A DNA stretch of 60,672 nt, filler included, from Candidatus Babelota bacterium (lineage in GTDB: Bacteria; JAGOBX01), in NCBI GenBank assembly GCA_017999075.1. It is 7 parts of 7 records of this genome, joined end to end, with 100 filler letters (N's around TTAATTAATTAA, not from the genome) between each part and the next. Parts side by side here need not be neighbours in the genome. Positions count along the whole stretch, not along the records: positions 28,285 to 33,801 come from JAGOBX010000276.1; positions 33,902 to 60,672 come from JAGOBX010000002.1; 5 more parts are not named here. One strand, given 5' to 3'. Under the pieces are notes generated by a model, which saw nothing but the letters and a program-made list of their open reading frames with translations, was not told the DNA's origin and searched no databases. The position numbers and the translations under genes are program-made. Positions 31,025 through 40,555 of the stretch are shown piece after piece. Numbering within the stretch: position 1 is the stretch's first letter; each line of letters starts with the position of its first letter.

Positions 31025-31071
31025 TTAAAATTAATTATATTTTAGCTATTAAAGAATTCAATATGAAATAT

Positions 31072-31197
31072 GGGAATGTTTTCAAATGGCAGTTCTGCCA
31101 TTCTGGCAGTTCTGCAATTTTTTACAAAATTTATATATTGATGAACAATAAGTTAATCTTGTAAAAAAACATATAAATATATTTTTGAAACAGTTCC
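31072..31197. mobile_element. 126-bp MITE-like non-autonomous element with IS5-like ends
   Basis: Left end GGGAATGTTTTCAAA and right end reverse complement GGAACTGTTTCAAAA match 11/15. Flanked by AATAT on both sides (31067-31071, 31198-31202); ends resemble those of IS 8482-9825. Confidence 0.65.
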
Positions 31198-31348
31198 AAT
31201 ATGATTTTACATTAAAAAACAAAATTAATAGAAGCAAAAATTATTCTTTGAAATCTTAACGGAATATAAAAAAATATTGACAACACGAATTATTATAATT
31301 AATCTAAAAACAATTAATTTTAATTTTAAAAAACAGGACATCATCAAA

Positions 31349-31552
31349 ATGCAGCTTATTATTAACGGAAAAACAAAAAAAATAAATTCTCAAGTTACGT
31401 TCTTGGCAGATTTATTAAACCAATATTCATTAATAAGCAAAAATATAATAGTCGAATACAATGGAGAAATAATAAAAGAAGAAAATTTTTCATTGCTAAC
31501 ATTAAAACAAAACGATGCTATAAACATTTTTTCATTTGTTGGCGGGGGATAA
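31349..31552 (+). CDS. thiS: Sulfur carrier protein ThiS
   Basis: MQLIINGK...IVEYNGEII...FSFVGGG; C-terminal GG. Confidence 0.88.
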   Translation: MQLIINGKTKKINSQVTFLADLLNQYSLISKNIIVEYNGEIIKEENFSLLTLKQNDAINIFSFVGGG

Positions 31553-31566
31553 TTTTTCAAAAAATA

Positions 31567-32166
31567 TCATGAATCAATACACAATAAATTATCTTTGATA
31601 AAAAACTTTGTTTTCGAATGATGAGGAGTTTTAATTCTAATATTGTTCATTTTCCAAAGTTGTATATTTACTCCGCTATAAACAGTGTGCGCAATTATTA
31701 CGCCGTCCTTTTCTGTAACTTTAATAAAAGTTTCAACACCCTGTTCATTGCCGAGAGTATTTATATTAACTTCTTTTCCTACAGAAATTTTACCGCCGAT
31801 AATTTTAGCATCAGCAGATTCGCTAATGATTTTATTTCCGGCGGTCAAATCGCTTTTAAACACCGAATTTTCAATAATGATATCATTTTTAGCTTTTAAA
31901 ACCGAATTTTGGGTGTGTTTAATATAAATATTCTGTCCTGCAGTAATATTGGCATCCTGCATTGAACCAAACAATAAAAAAACACTTCCGCATTCTGAAA
32001 TAAGATTGCTTTTACCGCAACCGCCATGAATAATAATATGTCCCTTAGCTTTTAATGAAGAATTAGTTATTGACTCAAACAGCACCACATTCCCATTAAA
32101 TTCCAATGGTTTCGGCGTATTTTTTATTTCATAATCAATAATAAATTTTTTTAAATTTTCAATCAT
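31567..32166 (-). CDS. FapA/DUF342 beta-solenoid-like protein
   Basis: Repeats of the type I-x-A-x-x-(N/D)-I, plus IIGGKISVGKEV...LGN and IIAHTVYSGVNI. Confidence 0.7.
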   Translation of the reverse strand: MIENLKKFIIDYEIKNTPKPLEFNGNVVLFESITNSSLKAKGHIIIHGGCGKSNLISECGSVFLLFGSMQDANITAGQNIYIKHTQNSVLKAKNDIIIENSVFKSDLTAGNKIISESADAKIIGGKISVGKEVNINTLGNEQGVETFIKVTEKDGVIIAHTVYSGVNIQLWKMNNIRIKTPHHSKTKFFIKDNLLCIDS

Positions 32167-32199
32167 TTTTTGAATTACTGAATAGTATGAAAATTCAAG

Positions 32200-32532
32200 T
32201 TAAAATTTCGATAATGATTCATCAACGTTCGCGCTTGATTCAAATATTGATGAAAATCCTGACATTTCAAAAACTTCCTTTACAGTATCCTGAAGCGCTG
32301 CAAGTATAACTTTACCTCCAACACTTTTCAAACGTTTTGCTATCATTAAAAGAACTCTTAATCCTGCGCTGCTTATATAATTCAATTCAGCAAAATCCAG
32401 AATTATTTTTTTTTCGCCTTTATCAATTAAAGCTAAAACAGTGTCACTGAATTTTGGCGAAGTTACAGAATCCAATCTGCCGACACCTTTGATGACAAGT
32501 ATATCGCCTTTTTTATTTTCAATAATATCCAT
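32200..32532 (-). CDS. STAS-domain anti-sigma factor antagonist
   Basis: GRLDSVTSP, LDFAELNYISSAGLRVLL, VKEVFEMSGF. Confidence 0.93.
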   Translation of the reverse strand: MDIIENKKGDILVIKGVGRLDSVTSPKFSDTVLALIDKGEKKIILDFAELNYISSAGLRVLLMIAKRLKSVGGKVILAALQDTVKEVFEMSGFSSIFESSANVDESLSKF

Positions 32533-32760
32533 TATATCTGATACCTCCTAAAAAATTCAAAACTCTATTTTAATATTAATATAACCAACTAAATTTATTA
32601 TAATATATTTTTTTTGTCAAGATTTAATTTAAACTTTTTATTAATTATCTTATTTTTTTTATAAATAGTTTTAATTTTTATATTAGGAAAATATAATCAT
32701 CTAAAAAAAGATTAAATTATAAAAAAATTATATTTTTTAAAAATTTTAAGGTACAACTTT

Positions 32761-33801
32761 ATGAAAAAAAAAATTTTTTGTTTACTAATTTTGTTTTATT
32801 CCATTAATTCTTTAATGGCTTTAAATCCTGTAATAATTTTTCAAGGAAAACTTACAGATAATATTGGAGTAAGAGTAAACGGGACATTGCCTGTAATTTT
32901 TTCAATATATACGGAAGAATCAGGGGGCGCCGCTTTATGGACTGAAACGCAAAATTCTGTACAATTTGAAAACGGAATTTTTACTACAGAACTTGGAAAT
33001 CAAAATCCTTTAACCTCATTACAACTTGACAAAACATATTATTTAGGAATAAATTTAAACAATACAGGAGAACTAAGTCCACGCAGAAAAATAAATTATA
33101 ATCTTTATTCTATAAAATCAATTTATTCAGATACTGCATCAACAACGAATTATTTAAATACTAATGCTGTAGGATTGGGAAGTTTAATTATAACTGATAC
33201 ACTGACTGTAAACGGATCATTTATAGTAAAAAAAGACGGCAAAGTAGGGATAAACACTTCAAATCCTGAAGAACAACTTGAAATATCAGGAAAAGTCAAA
33301 GCTACTCATTTCATAGGTGATGGCTCTCAATTGACTGGAGTTCAATATACAGCTCTTACAGGCGACATCATAAGTAAAACAGAAGTCAATTCTTTATTAA
33401 GTAAAGTAGGAACAGACACATACGGATTAAATATTCGAATAAACAATTTAGAAAGCGATTCAGTAAACACTGAAAACAGAATTACTTCAAATGAAAATTT
33501 CATAAACAGCATTACAGACACTTTCTATACTGAATCAGAAATCAATTCAAAACTTAATACTCTCGGCGTGGACACAAATGCTTTACTAAACAGGGTTCTA
33601 TCTCTTGAATCAGATTCACAGAACACTGATATCAGACTAATGAGTTTAGAAAGCGATTCTCAAAACACTGAAAGCAGAATTACTTTAAATGAAAATTTTA
33701 TAAACAGCATTACAGACACTTTCTATACTGAATCAGAAATCAATTCAAAACTTAATACTCTCGGCGTGGACACAAATGCTTTGTTACACAGGGTTTTATC
33801 T
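32761..33801 (+). CDS. Secreted fibre/adhesin-like protein with coiled-coil repeats (3'-truncated)
   Basis: Signal peptide, IIFQGKLTD...LWTETQ...ELSPR head domain, GKVGINTSNPEEQLEISG motif, ATHFIGDGSQLTGV, then tandem repeats. Confidence 0.7.
33447..33801 (+). repeat. Intragenic tandem repeat, 198-bp (66-aa) period
   Basis: 33447-33603 recurs nearly identically at 33645-33801 (...NENFINSITDTFYTESEINSKLNTLGVDTNALL..RVLS); the contig ends inside the repeat. Confidence 0.92.
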
Positions 33802-33901
33802 NNNNNNNNNNNNNNNNNNNNNNNNNNNNNNNNNNNNNNNNNNNNTTAATTAATTAANNNNNNNNNNNNNNNNNNNNNNNNNNNNNNNNNNNNNNNNNNN
33901 N
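33802..33901. other. Artificial contig linker
   Basis: 44 N + TTAATTAATTAA + 44 N. Confidence 0.99.
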
Positions 33902-33902
33902 A

Positions 33903-34508
33903 AATCCTGATATCAATGCAACAGCATATTTAGTTAATGTTGTAAATCAGATAATTATAGGAGTTATAATAGGATTAACTGCGCAGATTTTTTATTTGAT
34001 ATTTCAAGTATCAGGGCAGTTTTATACTATACAGATAGGATTTGGAATGATCAACACGCTTGATCCTCTTTCGCAGACTGAAATAGCGATATTAGGAACA
34101 TTCCAGGGAATAATAGGAATGATAATTTTTTTATTAATAAGCGGTCATCATTTTATTATTTATGCGATAGTAAAAAGTTTCAGTTATTTTCCTTTATACA
34201 GTTTAAAATTATCAGGGTTTACGGTAGAAATTCTTACAATAGCTGTTACCAAGATGTTTTATCTTGGTTTTATGTTTGCGATTCCATTGATAGGCATAAT
34301 ATTCATTATGACAATGCTTCTTGGGCTTCTCGCTAAAATTGCTCCTCAGATGAATTTGCTTATGCTTGGGTTTCCTCTGAATATTCTTGTAGGTTTAACA
34401 GTACTGCTTATGCTTCAAGCATTACTTCTTGAATCTTCAAAAGAAATATTTGTATATATGATGGATTATATAAATCAATTTTTAAATTATGCAAAAAATA
34501 AAGCTTGA
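33903..34508 (+). CDS. fliR: Flagellar export protein FliR (5'-truncated)
   Basis: QIGFGMINTLDP, GHHFII, GLLAKIAPQMNLLMLGFP; directly upstream of flhB. Confidence 0.92.
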   Translation, partial: NPDINATAYLVNVVNQIIIGVIIGLTAQIFYLIFQVSGQFYTIQIGFGMINTLDPLSQTEIAILGTFQGIIGMIIFLLISGHHFIIYAIVKSFSYFPLYSLKLSGFTVEILTIAVTKMFYLGFMFAIPLIGIIFIMTMLLGLLAKIAPQMNLLMLGFPLNILVGLTVLLMLQALLLESSKEIFVYMMDYINQFLNYAKNKA

Positions 34509-35655
34509 TGCGGAACCAGGATTTTTTCTGCTTCCCGAATTTTTTTTAGTTGAAAAAGAATACCATTTAAACTGGTTTGGAAAAGCTGAAGATGAAGGCA
34601 GAACGGAAGAACCTACTGCCAGGAAACTTTCAAAAGCCAAAGAAAAAGGCGATACCCCAAGAAGCGTAGAACTTGATGCCGCGATAATGGTGCTTGTTTG
34701 TTTTACAACAATATATTTTTTAAGCGGATACATATACGATTCCTGCACTGATCTTGTGAGATTTTTTTTCTTAAATGAATTACACATAACCACTGTAACA
34801 GAAAATGAACTATATAAAATAATGGAATATTGTTTTATTCAGATTTTGAAAATTTCTGGACCTGTAATGATTACTGCATTTTTTGTAGCTATTATAACGA
34901 GTTTATCACAAGTGGGATTCATATTTACCACGGAAAAAATAAAATTCGATATTAGTAAAATAAGTATTAATCCGAAAAAATTTTTAGAAAAAGTGATTTT
35001 ATCAAAACAGGTTATGTTTAACCTGCTGAAAGCATTTGTTAAACTTATAATAATAGCACTTGTAGCGTATTCTGTTTTAAAAACAAAAGCAGATGATTTT
35101 TTAGGATTGGTTCAGGTAGAACCTTTCGACGGCATAGTATTTATAGCAAAGACGACATTTGAAATAATTATGAAATGTGCTTTTTTTCTTATTATATTTG
35201 CAATAGTTGACTATAAATATCAGAAATACGAATTTATAGAAAAATTGAAAATGACGAAACAGGAAGTAAAAGATGAATATAAGCAGATGGAAGGGGATCC
35301 TCAAATAAAATCTAAAATAAGGGAAAAACAAAGGGATGCTGTAAGGCGTAGAATGATGCAGGAAGTTCCTAAGGCAGATGTTGTGATCAGGAATCCTACT
35401 CATTACGCTGTTGCGATTAGATATGAAGCAAAAGAAATGTCCGCGCCTGTAGTAATAGCTAAAGGTTCAGGTTTTATAGCATTAAAAATAATTGAGATTG
35501 CGGAAGAGAATAGAGTACCAATAGTAACAAATAAGCCTCTTGCAAGAACTTTATATTCGCAAGTAGAAATCGGCGACGCTGTTCCGGTAGAACTTTATAA
35601 AACAGTAGCGGAAATTCTTGCGTATGTATGGAAACTTAAAGGAAAAACACTTTAA
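34489..35655 (+). CDS. flhB: Flagellar export switch protein FlhB
   Basis: RTEEPTARKLSKAKEKG, KMTKQEVKDEYKQMEGDP, NPTH autocleavage motif. Confidence 0.97.
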   Translation: MQKIKLDAEPGFFLLPEFFLVEKEYHLNWFGKAEDEGRTEEPTARKLSKAKEKGDTPRSVELDAAIMVLVCFTTIYFLSGYIYDSCTDLVRFFFLNELHITTVTENELYKIMEYCFIQILKISGPVMITAFFVAIITSLSQVGFIFTTEKIKFDISKISINPKKFLEKVILSKQVMFNLLKAFVKLIIIALVAYSVLKTKADDFLGLVQVEPFDGIVFIAKTTFEIIMKCAFFLIIFAIVDYKYQKYEFIEKLKMTKQEVKDEYKQMEGDPQIKSKIREKQRDAVRRRMMQEVPKADVVIRNPTHYAVAIRYEAKEMSAPVVIAKGSGFIALKIIEIAEENRVPIVTNKPLARTLYSQVEIGDAVPVELYKTVAEILAYVWKLKGKTL

Positions 35656-35673
35656 CGGATAAAAAAAATATTT

Positions 35674-36090
35674 TTATAAGCAAAAACAAGAACTTTCGAA
35701 TTGAACTGGTTTTTTGCCGTACAAAGAAGTATCGCCGATTGTGTTTTCTATAAATACTTTTCTGTATTCCCCGTTTATTTCATAATATTCCCAGCCGATT
35801 ATTCCGCGTGAAGAAAGTTCTTTTAGAAATTTTCCGATTTCAGCAACTTGTTCATTATTCAAGAATGAAAAAACATCAAGACGGTTTATTCTGTTTTTCA
35901 AACTTAAATTAAGGATATTTTCTGAAATATTAATGAGATCAATATCGTCAAAAACAGTTTTTTCATTTGTTTTTAAGTCAGGATTTAAATTGGCATTTTT
36001 TTTCTGATTTGTTTCAGAATCTAATTTAATGAATTCCGGAGAAAAATAATTTGAATTATTTTTAATATCCTTATTAATATAAATGTTCAT
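35674..36090 (-). CDS. Hypothetical protein, probably sigma-28 regulated
   Basis: 138-aa ORF with RBS GGAG and a DLINIS segment; sigma-28-like promoter upstream. Confidence 0.65.
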   Translation of the reverse strand: MNIYINKDIKNNSNYFSPEFIKLDSETNQKKNANLNPDLKTNEKTVFDDIDLINISENILNLSLKNRINRLDVFSFLNNEQVAEIGKFLKELSSRGIIGWEYYEINGEYRKVFIENTIGDTSLYGKKPVQFESSCFCL

Positions 36091-36167
36091 CCATGAACTC
36101 CGTATTATTATTTATTTTACAGATTTAAAATCAAAAAATAATTTTAAAATTTATTATGTTTATTAAT

Positions 36168-36194
36168 ATATCGGCAAAAAAACGGAAAACTTAA
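36168..36194 (-). promoter_or_regulatory. Sigma-28-type promoter
   Basis: Minus strand TTAA(GTTT)-N15-GCCGATAT, about 78 bp upstream of ATG 36090. Confidence 0.65.
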
Positions 36195-36213
36195 ATTTTT
36201 TTGATAAATTATC

Positions 36214-36242
36214 TTGACTTTAAATAGAGTAAATATTATAAT
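36214..36242 (+). promoter_or_regulatory. Sigma-70-type promoter of the molybdoenzyme operon
   Basis: TTGACT(36214-36219)-N17-TATAAT(36237-36242). Confidence 0.65.
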
Positions 36243-36341
36243 ATATTGATGTTTAAAGATTTAATAAAAAATAAGCGTTATTAATTTGAAACGGATTTAT
36301 ATTTCGATTTCAAATAATCGCTGAAATGCCAGGAGGAAAGT

Positions 36342-37157
36342 ATGTCAGTAAAATTTGAATACTATGCTCCGAAAACCGTTAAGGAACTTTGTTGTATTCT
36401 TGACGAGTTTGGAGATAAAATTAAAATTCTTGCAGGCGGCACTGATTTGATTGTTGAAATGCGCGCCGGAATAAAGAAGCCTGCCGGCGTTGTTGATATA
36501 AAAAAAATAAACGAGTTGGGTGGAATCAAATATGATGTTAAAAAAGGTCTTATAATCGGCGCAAGTGTAACGTGCAATGAACTGGCGCACAATTCGGTCG
36601 TAAAAAAGAAGTATCCACTTCTTGTAGAATGCGCTGAATCAATAGCTTCATACGCATTGCGGAACAGAGCTACTGTTGCAGGAAATATATGTAATGCTTC
36701 GCCTTGCGCTGATATGGCTCCTGGCCTGTTATGTCTTGATGCTTGCGTGATAATAGGCTCATCTGCAGGTGAAAGAGTTTTAAAACTCCAGGATTTTTTT
36801 ACCGGAGTAAAGAAAGTGGCTTTGCAGAAGAATGAATTTGTCAAATCAATAATTGTTCCTTGTTCTATGGCAAACGCTAAAAGCAGATATATGAAACAAA
36901 AACGTATTAAAGGCCACGATTTATCACTTGTATCAGTTGCAATGGCTGTTAAAGAAAAAATAACTGTTGCGATAGGTTCATCTTATATAACTCCTTTGGT
37001 TTTGCCTAAGTTTGCCAAAAAAATTAAGGTGGAAAAAATAATAGAATCTGCTATGTCCTTAGTAAAACCTATAAGCGACATAAGAAGTTCAAAAGAATAC
37101 CGATTGCATATAATTAAAGTTTATATTAAACGTTTGTATGAACAATTGGTTAAATAG
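36342..37157 (+). CDS. Xanthine dehydrogenase/CoxM-family FAD-binding subunit
   Basis: LAGGTDL, RNRATVAGNICNASPCAD, PISDIRSSKEYR. Confidence 0.92.
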   Translation: MSVKFEYYAPKTVKELCCILDEFGDKIKILAGGTDLIVEMRAGIKKPAGVVDIKKINELGGIKYDVKKGLIIGASVTCNELAHNSVVKKKYPLLVECAESIASYALRNRATVAGNICNASPCADMAPGLLCLDACVIIGSSAGERVLKLQDFFTGVKKVALQKNEFVKSIIVPCSMANAKSRYMKQKRIKGHDLSLVSVAMAVKEKITVAIGSSYITPLVLPKFAKKIKVEKIIESAMSLVKPISDIRSSKEYRLHIIKVYIKRLYEQLVK

Positions 37158-37172
37158 GAGGAACTGTAATAA

Positions 37173-37649
37173 ATGAAAACAATAACATTTAAAGTTAATG
37201 GTTCAAAATATACAAAAAATGTTGAAGACCATAAAACATTATTAAGGTTTTTAAGAGAAGATCTGCATTTAACCGGAACAAAAGAAGGATGCGGAGCAGG
37301 TGAATGCGGGGCATGTACAGTTCTTGTTGACAGCGTTCCTGTAAATTCCTGTTTAATGTTAGCCGTTGAAATTGACGGATGCGAAGTTACAACAATCGAG
37401 GGAATTTCTAAAAATGGAAAACCAAATGCTTTGCAAAAATCTTTTGAAAAACATCATGCTGTACAATGCGGTTTTTGTACTCCTGGAATGATAATAACGG
37501 CAACGGATTTATTGAAACGCAACCCCAAACCTGCAGAATCTGAAATTAAAGAAGCAATTGAAGGGAATTTTTGCAGATGTACAGGTTATGTTCAGATTAT
37601 TGAAGCTATCAAAGATGCTTCAGGGCAGTTGAAATCAGAAAAATCTTAA
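37173..37649 (+). CDS. Xanthine dehydrogenase/CoxS-family 2Fe-2S subunit
   Basis: GTKEGCGAGECGACTV, QCGFCTPG, GNFCRCTGY. Confidence 0.95.
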   Translation: MKTITFKVNGSKYTKNVEDHKTLLRFLREDLHLTGTKEGCGAGECGACTVLVDSVPVNSCLMLAVEIDGCEVTTIEGISKNGKPNALQKSFEKHHAVQCGFCTPGMIITATDLLKRNPKPAESEIKEAIEGNFCRCTGYVQIIEAIKDASGQLKSEKS

Positions 37650-37775
37650 AATGTATAATTTTTTAATTTGTATTATGAGGACATGTAATATAAATAATTT
37701 TGTTTATTTTTAAGTTTGTCTCGAAAAGTGGAAATTATTTTTTCATATTAAAAAAAATTTGAGAGGTGATACTCT

Positions 37776-40157
37776 GTGTTTGAAAATATAGATAAAAAAG
37801 ATTTAAAATATGTTGGAAAAGGAGTTGAACGTGTTGACGGCCTTGAAAAATGTACTGGAGACGCTTTATACGCGTCAGATCTTTTTTTGCAGGGTATGCT
37901 GTTTGCAAAGGTTAAAACGAGTCCTTATGCATCAGCAAAAATAAAAAAAATAGATATTTCAAAAGCTGCAGGTCTTCCTGGAGTTAGAGCAGTGTTGACA
38001 GGAGCAGAACTTAACTACCGTGTTGGCTTATATATAGTAGATAAAGATATACTAGCTAAAAATATTGTCAGGCATCAGGGTGAAGCAGTAGCTGCTGTGG
38101 CAGCTGACACAGAAGATATTGCTAAACAGGCAATTGAACTTATAGAAGTAGAATATGAAGAACTCACTCCAGTACTTGATCCTATAAAAGCTCTTGAAAA
38201 AAGTTCGCCGTTAGTTCATCCGGATTTAGGTAAATACAGTTTTGTAGAAGCGGCGTTTACACCAAAACCAGGAACCAATATAGCAAATCATACAAAGTTG
38301 AGAAAAGGAAATGTTGATAAAGGGTTTGCAGAATCTGATTATGTTTTTGAAAGAGAATATACTAATCCTTCTGTTCAGCATGTTCCGATGGAAACACATG
38401 TATCAATAGCTCAATGGCAGACAGGAGACAGAATAACAATCTGGACTTCAGCTCAATCTCCTTTTACAGTGAGAAACCTGTTTTGTTATTCATTTGGAAT
38501 ATCTCATAAAAATGTCAGGGTAATAGTTCCTTATGTAGGCGGAGGTTTTGGAGGAAAAGCGGGGATAGCGCTTGAACCTTTAGTTGCATGTTTGTCAAAG
38601 AAAGCCGGAGGCAGGCCTGTAAAATTACAGGCTACAAGAGAAGAAGAGTTTAACCTTCTTGCCTGCAGAAGCGCATTGACATACAGAATAAAAACAGGAG
38701 TGAAAAAAGACGGTAAAATAGTGGCTCAGAAAATGGAAATGTTTTGGGATTCAGGAGCATATGCGGATTATGCTGTGAATGTAACGCGGGCATCAGGATA
38801 TTCTGCAGCAGGTCCGTATGAAATACCTAATGCGTGGCTTGACGCGTACACTATTTATACAAATAAAGTTTATGGAACTGCATATCGAGGGTTCGGACAT
38901 GTTGAATTTTTCTGGGGAGTTGAACGTCATCTTGATTACATAGCGGATAAACTTAAAATAGATCCTCTCAAGATGAGATTGATTAATACATTGAAACCAG
39001 GGTCAACAACTTTAACAGGAGAAACTATTCACCACAACACAGGAAATGTAACAAAGTGTATTGAACTTGTGGCTAAGGCGATAAATTATGGCAAAAAAAC
39101 GCCTGCTGAAATCAAGAGAGAAAAGAAAAATAAAACAATCATAGGAAAAGGTATAAGTTCTCTTCATAAAGCTCCTGCAATGCCTCCTTTTACAGGAACT
39201 GTAGTTATATTGAAAATGAACGAAGACGGTTCAGTTATAGCTAATTTATCCCTTACAGATTACGGCGCAGGGACATATACTTCAATAGCTCAAATGATAG
39301 CTGAACAGTTAAAAATTCCTGTAGAAAAGGTGAAAATAGCTTTTGAATGCGATACGGACAGAGATCCTTATGACTGGCAGACAGTTGCTTCTAAAGGACT
39401 GATGATGAGCGGAAATGCAGCTATACTTGCAAGTCAGGATTTGCTTACTAAAATGTATGATGTGGCATCGCAGGTATTGAGGTGCGGAACATGCGATTTA
39501 AGGCATAATGATGAAAAAGTTTATGTTGTGCATGCTCCTGAAAAATTTCTGAGATATAGAGATATGGCTGTAGGTTATGCGTATTCAAACGGAAATGGAA
39601 TAGGAGGACCTCTTGTAGGAGTAGGAAGATATATGGCGGCGGGACTGACAAATCTTGATAAGCAGACAGGTCAAGGAAATCCTGCGCTTGATTGGACATA
39701 CGGAGCGCACGGAGTTATAGTTGAACTTGATCCTGAAACAGGAGAATATTCGCTGATAAAAAGCGCATCTGCGTTTGATGCGGGTAAAGTTATAAATTCT
39801 AAAGCGGCGCGCGGTCAATGTATAGGAGGGTTTATACAGGGATTCGGGACTGCTTCCTGTGAAGGATATATATATAACAATAAAGGTCAATTGATGAATC
39901 CTTCATTTACGGACAACAAAATTCCTACTGCTAAAGATATTCCTGAAGAGATGGAGTTATTTTTTGTAGAAACTCCGCAGCTTGACGGTCCATACGGAGC
40001 GCGTGGTATAGGCGAGCATTCTATGATTGGAGTCGCGCCTGCTATAGGGAACGCGCTGAAAAACATGACAGGGATAGAGTTATTACATATGCCGATTAGA
40101 GCAGAAGACGTATGGCGTGAACTTGTAAAGGTTAATAAAAAGAAAAACAGCAAGTGA
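37776..40157 (+). CDS. Xanthine oxidase-family molybdopterin-binding subunit (substrate unknown)
   Basis: VGGGFGGK, TAYRGFG, GARGIGE; GTG start after GAGGTG. Confidence 0.92.
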   Translation: MFENIDKKDLKYVGKGVERVDGLEKCTGDALYASDLFLQGMLFAKVKTSPYASAKIKKIDISKAAGLPGVRAVLTGAELNYRVGLYIVDKDILAKNIVRHQGEAVAAVAADTEDIAKQAIELIEVEYEELTPVLDPIKALEKSSPLVHPDLGKYSFVEAAFTPKPGTNIANHTKLRKGNVDKGFAESDYVFEREYTNPSVQHVPMETHVSIAQWQTGDRITIWTSAQSPFTVRNLFCYSFGISHKNVRVIVPYVGGGFGGKAGIALEPLVACLSKKAGGRPVKLQATREEEFNLLACRSALTYRIKTGVKKDGKIVAQKMEMFWDSGAYADYAVNVTRASGYSAAGPYEIPNAWLDAYTIYTNKVYGTAYRGFGHVEFFWGVERHLDYIADKLKIDPLKMRLINTLKPGSTTLTGETIHHNTGNVTKCIELVAKAINYGKKTPAEIKREKKNKTIIGKGISSLHKAPAMPPFTGTVVILKMNEDGSVIANLSLTDYGAGTYTSIAQMIAEQLKIPVEKVKIAFECDTDRDPYDWQTVASKGLMMSGNAAILASQDLLTKMYDVASQVLRCGTCDLRHNDEKVYVVHAPEKFLRYRDMAVGYAYSNGNGIGGPLVGVGRYMAAGLTNLDKQTGQGNPALDWTYGAHGVIVELDPETGEYSLIKSASAFDAGKVINSKAARGQCIGGFIQGFGTASCEGYIYNNKGQLMNPSFTDNKIPTAKDIPEEMELFFVETPQLDGPYGARGIGEHSMIGVAPAIGNALKNMTGIELLHMPIRAEDVWRELVKVNKKKNSK

Positions 40158-40204
40158 TTGATTGTAATTTAGATTTTTTTATAAAGCCGGCGAGGTAATT
40201 TAAG

Positions 40205-40528
40205 ATGAATATAACACGATACGATTTAACAGCAATGATAAGCGAAAAAATGCCAGGGATTGAACCAGAGATAATAACAAAAATTGTCAACAGAATATTT
40301 GAAATTATAATCGAAGAATTAAAAAACGGAAATAAGATTGAATTTAGAAATTTCGGAAGGTTTAAAATCAGAAAACGCCGTGGAAGAATGGCGCATAATC
40401 CAAAGACTCTTGAAAAGGTTGAAGTTCCTCCGAAAAATATTCCTGTGTTTAAAATCGGAAAAATGTTTAAGGATGAAATTGCCAGAGCCGAAAAAAAAAA
40501 TCCAAATAAACTGCTTGGAAAAAAATAA
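40205..40528 (+). CDS. HU/IHF family DNA-binding protein
   Basis: IEFRNFGRF...RMAHNPKT...PVFKIGK. Confidence 0.92.
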   Translation: MNITRYDLTAMISEKMPGIEPEIITKIVNRIFEIIIEELKNGNKIEFRNFGRFKIRKRRGRMAHNPKTLEKVEVPPKNIPVFKIGKMFKDEIARAEKKNPNKLLGKK

Positions 40529-40555
40529 TTTTTAAAAGGGATTTGGTTTTTAATA

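Noticed and set aside
5581-33901. Six regularly spaced TTAATTAATTAA motifs about 5.6 kb apart
   Set aside because: They sit in identical N padding and are artificial six-frame-stop linkers. The spacing reflects size-sorted contigs, not biology, and cross-linker neighbourhoods were not interpreted.
36342-40157. Aerobic CO dehydrogenase (coxMSL) call
   Set aside because: The large subunit lacks the AYxCSFR signature.
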